DNA of 64,000 nt, taken from Dipteris shenzhenensis. Taxonomy: Eukaryota. Below the pieces are notes generated by a model. The model worked only from the letters and a program-made list of their open reading frames with translations, was not told the DNA's origin and searched no databases. Both the position numbers and the translations under genes were made by a program. Location of the stretch: NCBI GenBank assembly GCA_047967505.1, contig CM106538.1, one strand, 5' to 3'. Positions 25,543-34,789 of this stretch are shown in pieces (position 1 is the stretch's first letter; every line of letters begins with the position of its first letter).

Positions 25543-26075
25543 ACTAGTGAACACTAGTTTCGCTGGCGAAACTAGTGAACACTAGTCTAGTTTCGCCAGC
25601 GAAACTAGTGTTCACTAGTTTCGCTGGCGAAACTAGTTCGCCACTATTTTCAGTGGGAACTAGTTTCGCCAGCGAAACTAGTGAACACTAGTTTCGAAAC
25701 TAGTGTTCAGAACTAGTTTCGCCAGCGAAACTAGTTGTGAACACTAGTTTCGAAACTAGTGTTCACAACTAGTTTCGAGCGAAACTAGTGAACACTAGTT
25801 TCGAAACTAGTGTTCACAACTAGTTTCGCTGGCGAAACTAGTTGTGAACTTCACCACTGAAAATAGTGGCGAACTAGTTTCGCCAGCGAAACTAGTGAAC
25901 ACTAGTTTCGCTGGCGAAACTAGTGGCGGAAACTAGTGTTCACTCACTAGTGAACACTAGTTTCTACACTAGAAACTAGTGTAGAAACTAGTGTTCACTA
26001 GTGAGTGAACACTAGTTTCCGCCACTAGTTTCGCCAGCGAAACTAGTGTTCACTAGTTTCGCCAGCGAAACTAGT
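25543..26075. repeat. Palindrome cluster 2: dense array of ACTAGTTTCGC(CA/TG)GCGAAACTAGT forming nested long inverted repeats
   Basis: About 10 full copies plus short ACTAGTTTCGAAACTAGT variants. Perfect inverted arms at 25587-25656/25854-25923 and 25886-25972/25976-26062. Confidence 0.95.
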
Positions 26076-26351
26076 GAAGGCGTAGGCATTGGCCCGAAAA
26101 GCATTATGAAAACTAGCATCCCTAAGAATTTGACAACAGACACAAACAGATTACGGGCAAAACCGACCCGCCAAAATATTTATACTTCAGAGGAAATACC
26201 TGCAACGTGTAAACCTTCTCGCCATTTTCGTTAGTATAGTACATGAGATACATGATTGCAGACTGTTAGAAACAAAACGAAACATATTAGAGATAGCAAA
26301 CTAGAGAAAACTCAAACTAACGACGGCAGGAAACACAACAGATGCTCCTAA

Positions 26352-26892
26352 CGAAACTAGTGAATACTAGTTTAGCTGGCGAAACTAGTTCGCCACGCCA
26401 CTAGTTTCGCCAGCGAAACTAGTGAACACTAGTTTCGCTGGCGAAACTAGTGAACACTAGTTTCGCTGGCTAGTTTCGCCAGCGAAACTAGTGAAGGCGT
26501 AGGCGTAGGCGTGGGCGTAGGCGTAGGCATAGGTGTAGGCATGGACGTGGGCGTAGGCGTAGGCGTGAGCGTGTTCACCGAAACTAGGCGTGGACGTGGG
26601 CGTAGGCGTGGGCGTGGGCGTAGGCGTAGGCGTAGGCGTGTTCACTAGTTTCGCCAGCGAAACTAGTGCCAACGAAACTAGTCTTCTCTGCCTCCCCTTC
26701 TCTTTCTCTTTCTTTGCCTCTGCCTCTTCTTCTTCCTCTCCCTCTCCACCCTCCTTTCTTCCACTTCCGTTTCCCTTCGACCTTCCTCCTTCGCTTAGTT
26801 TCGTTTTTTCCGCCCCATTTAGTTTCGCCAGCGAAACTAAGTTTTGAACTCCAAATGAAATGGCCTCCAATAGTGTTTCGCTAGCGAAACTA
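26352..26892. repeat. Palindrome cluster 3 with interleaved (GGCGTR)n hexamer repeat, upstream of the transposase
   Basis: Copies at ~26367, 26400, 26428, 26470, 26644, 26820 and 26874. GGCGTA/GGCGTG runs span 26496-26640. Confidence 0.92.
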
Positions 26893-27378
26893 TGATGTCT
26901 TTACTTTTTCCTACAACCTTCAATCCATTAACCTTCTTGAGCTCTAATATTTCATTTGAACTAATGATGGCATCATGTCCATGATTTTTCTCTCGCAACT
27001 ATTCCATCCTTTGGTATGATTGTTTTTAGAGTAAAAATTATACTAGGGATACACACCCATTTAAGGCCTCTTCGGCAAAGATTATATGAGTAGATTCTTC
27101 TGAATTGGCGGTTACAAGGACTTGTGTGCTTGGGACGTGGCGGTGGCAATGAATGTGGTTATATTATGAGTTTGATCGTCTAGCTGATTTAGTATCAAAG
27201 AACAATGATCGTCTAGCTGAGTTGGTTAGTATAGAGTTCGAAAGGAGACAAGTGCGTGAACTACTGTTGCTCACATGCTTACTCACTTGTGCCTCGTTTG
27301 CTAGCAATAGATCTCAAAACTGGTAATGACTAATTTTCCTTTCACTTGAAGGAAGGGAGATTGTGTTCCACAAGCTCC

Positions 27379-30300
27379 ATGGATTTTGCAATTGTGTCCA
27401 ATGACAATAGGTCGAAGACACTGCAAGTTGCAACAACGAATGGTGTTGCACGCATTAGTAGGGAATACCTTCACTTAGCATTTGGACTTTCACCGAGCTC
27501 AATCTCTTTGCATCAACTACTTGATAGCAAGTGTGACGACTTGTCCTTTGAGGTTCCCTTTGTAGGTGAGGAGTCCTTGTTTCATCTTGACACTCAGTTT
27601 GGAACCACCTTCATTGTTAGAGGTGTAAAGCTTTTGACAGAAATCAGTAAGGAAGTGTCGGATAAAAAACAAGTAGATGAACAATCCGATAAGACCATGA
27701 GTTTGGTTCCTCTCTTGAAAAACCTTCCTGCAAGAAGTGCACTCAAAAAAGCTATGGACATTGTAACAACAATACAAGAAGTTGATGCACTTCCAGTAAA
27801 GTATGATGGCAATATTTTGTTTGAGCTTCCCGCTTCGGACCTCCCTAACCGTGCTGAGGGGACAGAAACCAAATACGACAGCCATGTTTGGACGGATGAT
27901 ATAACAAGTAATATGACAGGATTTGATGGTTTAGTTAGAATTCGAAGATGTGGTGGGCATCTACAATGCAAAAACATATTTTGTCCTTACTTGGAGAGAA
28001 CCAAAGAGGCCAATGAGAAGCATTGGCAAGGGAGACTTTCACGAGTGTGTCCTCAAAGATCATATGTTGGCGAAAATAGTACTCTTAAGTGTTTGCATTG
28101 TGGTGCTCGTCCTTTCTGCGAGCAAGAGTGCCCATGTAGGCTATTCTTATGTTACCCACACCCCAAGGGTGATACACAATTTAAGAGGTGTGTTATACAC
28201 TCAGGGTATCATTTGCATCCCGTTGGTGAAGGAAGTTCTAGAGGTGTTGTGAAGGAAGTTAAGGCTAGGTTGACTAAGCTCATACAAATAGATGGGATGG
28301 GAAGACCTAAAGCCTTGCAAAAAACATTAGCAAAGAAAATAATATTGGATGCCGTCATTCAAGATGATCCGAAAGCCATGAGTGATGCTGAATTGACATC
28401 CTTACTAGAGAAGATTACTCCAACTTTGGACAAGAGAAGGTATGTGCATACTTGTCCTTTTAATGTGATTAAAAGTACTCAAGTTTTTTTGAAAAATAAG
28501 TAATGGGATTTTGATGCTACATGTTCTTAACTGTAGGCTCGCACGTTGGAAAAGGGAGGCCCAAATTGAAAGTGGATCCTTTGCAGATGGTTATGATGCT
28601 CTTTTACAACTGAAAAGAAAGTGTGTATATGATTATTTTCAGAGCATGGTGTTCCCTGGACAACTTGAATTTTCTTCATTTGAAAGATGTCATGTTTTCA
28701 AGATGTCTACCAAGGGACATGGTAGTGGTGTTGATCTAGTGAACAAGATGAGGCCAGGTGGAGAGTTAGGATCGTGCTGGGTTTGCTTTGATTTTGTCAA
28801 ACGTATGCATGATTGGAATACAATGGCATGCCATGTTTACAACCCTTTTGTTCAAGAGCTACAGACTATTGCTATTGGGGATTTCAAGGTTGAGGATACA
28901 GAAGCCCAGATCCTTTTTTGGGAAATGTTAAATAGAGTCATGGAGAAGGAGGGATTCCCAAAGCCTCAATTTAAAGGGTTTATGGCTGATGAGGCACAAG
29001 CAAATTGGCGTGCAATTAGAATGGTATTCAATGGTGATGCCAATAAGGTGCTCAAAGAAAAAGAGAGATCTTGCTTATTCCATTGGGAGCAAAGCTTGGA
29101 AAACCATGCTAAGTTCCTTCCATCATTTGATCGTGAGGAGTTCAAGCTAAGGTGTAGACAGTGGAAGAATGCTCCATCTCAAGAAGCTGCAGACATCGAG
29201 TTGAAAAACCTCCGTTCGTGGTTCAAGCATCATGCACATAAGAAGGACATCTCCATTTTAGAAACATGGATTGTGTGGTGGCATGCAAGAGTGGCTCATT
29301 GGGGAGAATACATTCTCAAGGTAGGTCTATTGTTATTTCATTCACAACTTTATTGTTTTTTGATTATTGGAAACTAATCTATGTTGTGGCACAGGGCATG
29401 GAGGGATCTGACCAGTTTTTAGTTCCTAGAGCCAACCTTGCAGAGTCAGTCCATGGAAGTTGGTTGGCATCGAATGACGGAGTGAAATATGTCACACTAA
29501 AAAATGCTTGTGAGACAGATATGACGGGTGCTTTGCTGCAAACTGCAAGATACACAGAATATCTAAAGGGACTACACTTGGGTTGTGGACCTAGTTTGGA
29601 AAAGCTATCTCGAAGGCACTCTTATGGGGACATAGGGAGCAACTCATGCAAGTTCATTGATCTCAGTAATGAGGTGGCTAGCAAGGTGGATGCAACTATT
29701 GGAGGTCAAGATTGTATGGGTGATTTGAAGACTGTGAGAAGGAAGCGGTCAAAATCTTTCTCAGAAGCAGTGTATGCAAATGATTCACATCGTCCAGAAT
29801 ACCAGTATGTAAATCAGCCAAGAAAGAGAAAACAAAATACCACGCCAATCTTGAAAACAAATCAATATGTTGAAGAAGAGGTAGTACACAAGACTATGTG
29901 GGCTATAAGAAGAACTAATGCAAGTAGTGAGGTGAGGTGTCAAGGATACTTAGAGGACAAAGGAATCAAATGTCACAAATTGATAGATCACAAGGGTAGG
30001 ATGGGAAAGAGAGGTGTTCCTGCACCTAGCTTTTTTGGGAGAATCAACACCAAAGCAGGCATTCGAAGGCAATTGATTTGGTTTTGTGGGGATAACATGG
30101 ACCACACATGGACACCATCAAATTGCATTGAAGGAAAACCACCTGAGGTGCCGAGGGAGTGGCCTATTGAGAAAGGGACAAGCCTGGATGAGGAAGAAAT
30201 GAGGTTATTAGTAGCTGGAGGATTTAGATTAAAAAAGCAATGCACTAGGGCCAAATCTGCTGATTTAACAAGTAGACCGAGCACAAGGGATGGCATGGTT

Positions 30301-30660
30301 GTGGAATGGGTAACTGAGGTGACATGTGAAATGAGAACAAGGATAGCTAAGTCTATTTCCTTGGAATGTGTTGTTCACAGTGTTAATATAGTTGTCCCTA
30401 GAGAGCATGTGGAGTACCTAGTTTCCACTCCAGGATCACGTAGAAAAGGGAGCAAGTACAATGTTGTGGTTTCAGTGTTTCCATCATGCACATGTCTGGA
30501 CTTTATGGGCCATTCTCAAGGGCAAAACAGATATATCCCATGCAAACATCTGTATTACATTTATATGCAATACTTGGGTCTAGATGAGAAGATACACATG
30601 TTCATTCACCAATCTGCACTAAGTAGGCAAGAACTCTACCAAGCTCTACCTGCTTGCTAA
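27379..30660 (+). CDS. MULE-type DDE transposase with N-terminal Cys/His (GCM/WRKY-like) finger and C-terminal SWIM finger, ~1036 aa, 3 exons
   Basis: Model: join 27379-28439, 28537-29320, 29395-30660. GT-AG introns, 3111 nt, open. D1 WVCFDFVK, D2 FMADEAQA, CxxH motif CLFH, catalytic E in NLAESVH, SWIM CTCLDF...PCKHLYY. The start codon is inferred. Confidence 0.88.
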
Positions 30661-31089
30661 GAAGGGCGTTTATCTCTACTTGTGGTTATATTAAAGGAAC
30701 TTGCATAGGTGCATACAAATATTGTATGACCATTGTAGCTTGTGTTGACTTTTTGGGTGCATTTTGATAGTCATTTGCTTGACACAATATAGCTATATGT
30801 ATGTAAACAGTATTTTGTTGCCCACAGCTTCTTTAAGAGTTGTGTATGAACAATGTATTACTCACCACACTATAGTTTTTGGTGACCTTTTGGTGTGTTT
30901 GAATGGTCCTTTTATAGAAATCTATCCATGTCTCTCAATTCAATCTTCCTGAGATTCTAGACCATTTGACTATAAATTGTTTGGAAGAAATATTATTTTT
31001 ACTTTATTTTTTTGCACATGATGTTTATTGAAAAAATATATATATTGAAGGTATCAAATTAGACTTAACTAAAGGTCCACTGCTCAGAT

Positions 31090-31125
31090 CGCTCGTATGT
31101 TTTTGCTCGGAAAATGCTCGTCCCC
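31090..31125 (-). repeat. Right degenerate TIR of the MULE
   Basis: Inverted partner of 18615-18650. GAGC boxes fall at positions 18 and 32 from each end. Confidence 0.75.
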
Positions 31126-34100
31126 TACCTTATGAAGCATATTCTAGTTGCCAGAAACTTTTGGAATATTGTTTCAGGTGTTGATTTGAGGCCAGCCAAT
31201 GCTCAAGTGGCTACCCCTACTGCTGGCACTCCTCTAAGGGGGAATCTTCCTGACTCTTCTTCCTCTAGTACTCCTGTCACTACCACTCCTACTTAGGATC
31301 AGATCAGATGGGATTCCAGAGATGCAAATGCACACTCATGTATTGCCTTATCATGCAAGAGAATCATTATTCTACACATCCGGTCATGCAGGACAGCAAA
31401 GGATGCTTAGGATAAGCTAGCTTCTCTTTATCAAGTTCGCAATGAGGCACGGGTTGCATATTTGAGAAGACAATTGCAGGAACTCAATGGATACATATTT
31501 AACCAAGGTCAAGGACCTCATGGAGCAACTTGCAAATATTGATGAAATGGTGTCTAATTCTCAGCTTGTTAGTACTACATTAAATGGACTACCAGACACA
31601 TATCAAGGGTTTGCTACAACCCTTAGACCTGTAGCCAATGGAAATCCTGATCACTACTCATTTGATCAGTTAGTCACTTTGCTTTTGCGTGAAGAGCAAA
31701 GTCGTGCTAATAGGCAAGCTACTATTCCTGATCATGCATTTGCTTCACAACAGAAAGGAAAAGGCAAGGCTTCCAAGCCTATGGGCAAGCCTAAATATGT
31801 GCCTAACATTGGCAATTCCTCCAATGTATCTCAAAATACAGCAGATAAGTCCAAGAAGAAAAGATGCAAGTCGCAAGCTAGGGCATGAAATTTCAGAATG
31901 CAGGAAGCGCATTGCTTCGGAGAAGAAGAAAGCAGGATTGACAGTAAATGCCTCACATGCAATTGAATCCCATGAGCCAGCAGATGCTTCACATGCACAT
32001 GCTCTCCAGGATGATTGGGCATGGGCTGTCCATTGCTCTTTTGATCCCTCCAAAGTTGATGCATTCTTTTCTGCTAATGATGCTCAATCTTGGTATTTTG
32101 ATAATGGTGCTTCCAAGCACGTAACCTTTTGCAGACAGTTGTTTCATTCCTTGGCTAATGCACCTCGAGGGGGGACTGTCACATGTGCTAATAATGCTTC
32201 CTATGCTGTAAAAGGAATTGGCGATGTGCAGCTCACATCCATTTCAAGCCATCCTCTCACTTTGACAAATGTTCTTTTTGTGCTTGGAATTGAAGTCAAC
32301 TTGATTTCAATTTTAGCAATTGCCACTTCAGGTTTCAGAGTGATTTTTGATGGATGTAGATGCCTAGTACATGATCTTCGTGATGACAATGCCATAGTTC
32401 TCACTGGCACTTTGAAAAAGGGGCTTTATCACCTTGATTATCACTCATCTTTACTTTCTATTAAAGCATTTGCTATTTTAGATTCACAGCGTGCTGAAAC
32501 TGATGTTTGGCATGAGAGAATGGGTCATCTAAATTATAGAGCTCTTGCCAAGTTACATTCACAGGGCATGGAAAATGATGTACCTCAAACTCACACAGTT
32601 TCCAAACATGTGTGTGAGGGTTGTCTTTTGGGTAAGATGCATCGGTTTCCTTTTCAAAAGAATTGTCCAAAATTCTTACAAAGGAAATCGCAGCTAGTGC
32701 ACAGTGATATCTGTGGCCCAATGAGGACAAATGCCATTGGTGGGTACAAATATTTCATGACTCTAATTGATGACTTCACAAGATATTGCTGGGTATATGC
32801 TTTAAAAGCCAAATCTGAAGTGTTCTCATGCTTTCAGAGGTGGCTGAATATGGTTGAGAATGAATCAGGATGCAAGCTTGTCACCAAGCTTGTCACCCTC
32901 AACACAGATAGGGGGGGAGAGTATATGTCATAGGAGTTTGATGCATTTCTGTCTTCACGAGGCATTGTTCACTCATGCACTACTTCTTACACTCCTCAGT
33001 ATAATCCTATTCCTGAAAGAAAGAACAGGTCCACTATGGAGATGGCCAGATGCATGCTTAAGGCCAAGTCCTTGCCCAATAAATTTTGGCTTGATGCAGT
33101 GATGTGTGCCAACTATGTGTTGAATAGATCACCTACAAGGGCATTGAGGACTGTTACACCTTATGAAGCATGGAAAGGCAAGAAGCCTTCACTTTCACAC
33201 GAGAGTTTTTGGGTCTCTTGCATATGTACATGTACCATCTCAGCTGAGACATAAGCTTGATGATAAGGCAATCAAATGCATATTCATTGGTCACAGCCAG
33301 GAGAGCCGAGTGTATCGGTTTTACCAACTAAATATTGGGAAGATTATTGTTAGTAGAGATGTAATCTTTGCTGAACATTCAGCTTCTCCTCTTGTGGACT
33401 GCAAAGCAAAGCTAGAAGTTGACATGTTTGATGCCTTTGACTCTTGGTTACCTCTTCTCCCCTCAGGAGGGGACTTTGACCAGCAACATGAGGATTCTGC
33501 AGGCCCTCCAACAAGCAATGATCAGTCAACACCCCATGCTGATTTGCAGGTTCCTCTTCCAGCACAAAATGATCCCAATATTCATGATGCAGTGATTGAA
33601 GACAGAGCTGTCAATAGACCGCAAAGGCAAGTTCCCAGATGGCTTCTTGACACATTGAGGGGCAGCAAACAAGATCAACCTCTTGTTGCCCGGACAAGAT
33701 CAAGGAATAGACAGAGGCATGGTCACTTTCTTGAGTTTGCACTCCTTGCTACAGCTTGCAATGAAGATCCTTTGTGCCATAAAGATGCTTTTGACGGCAA
33801 AGAGTGGATGGATGCAATGAGAGCTGAGCTACAATCTATTGCTGAAAATGACACATGGGAATTAGTAGATCTACCTCCTGGCAAGCATGCCATTGGTACC
33901 CGGTGGGTCTACAAATTAAAAAGGAAATCTGATGGCAATATAGATCGACACAAAGCCCGTCTTGTTGCAAAAGGGTATGCCCAACAACAAGGCATTGAGT
34001 TTGAGGAGACCTTTGCTCCCACTTCTAGGATTACTACTATCAGATGTGTCATTGCCATTGCAGCCCATCACCATTGGCAAGTGCACCAGCTTAACATCAA

Positions 34101-34789
34101 GACTGCCTTTCTTCATGGGGATTTGCAGGAAGAGTTTATGTTACACAACCTCTTGGCTTTGAGGTTTTTGGCTTTGAAAACAAGGTATGCCGGCTGAGAA
34201 AAGCCCTTTATGGTTTGAAGCAGGCACCCAGGGCATGGTATGCTAAAATTCATGCACACTTACTGTCCCGTGGTTTTCAGAATAGCCCAACAGAGCCCAC
34301 TCTTTATGTCCATGGGAGTGGATCTGATTTTTTAGTGCTGATTTTATATGTGGATGACATGCTGATCACGGGCCTTGATACTCAGCATATTGCAGCTTTC
34401 AAGGCTGATTTGCAGCAAGCTTTTGCAATGTCAGACATGGGATAGCTGCACTATTATTTGGGCATTCAATTTGCTCATGTTGAGGGGGGGCCAGCTCCTT
34501 GATCGTTTTCAGTTTGAGGATTGCAAGCCAATCTCTACTCCTGTGGACCTTGGCTTCAAATTTTCAGCTCATGATGGGAGCCCACCATGTGGTATCACTC
34601 TTTATCAGCAGGCTGTTGGATGTCTCATTTACTTGTGCCACACCAGACCTGACTTACAATATGCAGTATCCTAGCTCAGCAGGTTCATGCACATGCCCAA
34701 TTCATAGTGAAGAGAGTCTTCGTAGGCACTCAAGATTTAGCCCTCTTCTATGGTGATTAGGGTTCACTTACCATGCATGCTTAGTGGTC

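Larger units (their letters stand above)
18615..31125 (+). mobile_element. Autonomous Mutator-like (MULE) DNA transposon, 12,511 bp, with transposase and ParB-methyltransferase-like cargo gene
   Basis: Exact 9-bp TSD TACCTTATG at 18606-18614 and 31126-31134. Excision restores Copia gag (WSYLMKHILV). Ends are GGG.../...CCC with a 23/36 ungapped inverted match. A MULE DDE transposase lies inside. Confidence 0.93.

Noticed and set aside
25543-26892. CRISPR array interpretation of the palindromic repeats
   Set aside because: There are no unique spacers of regular length, the repeats overlap and invert, no cas genes are present, and the context is eukaryotic.
18614-31125. Zisupton/KDZ or hAT classification (8-bp TSD TACCTTAT with GGGG...CCCC ends)
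   Set aside because: The transposase has the MULE D-D-CxxH-E signature, and the TIRs align without gaps only under the 9-bp TSD reading.
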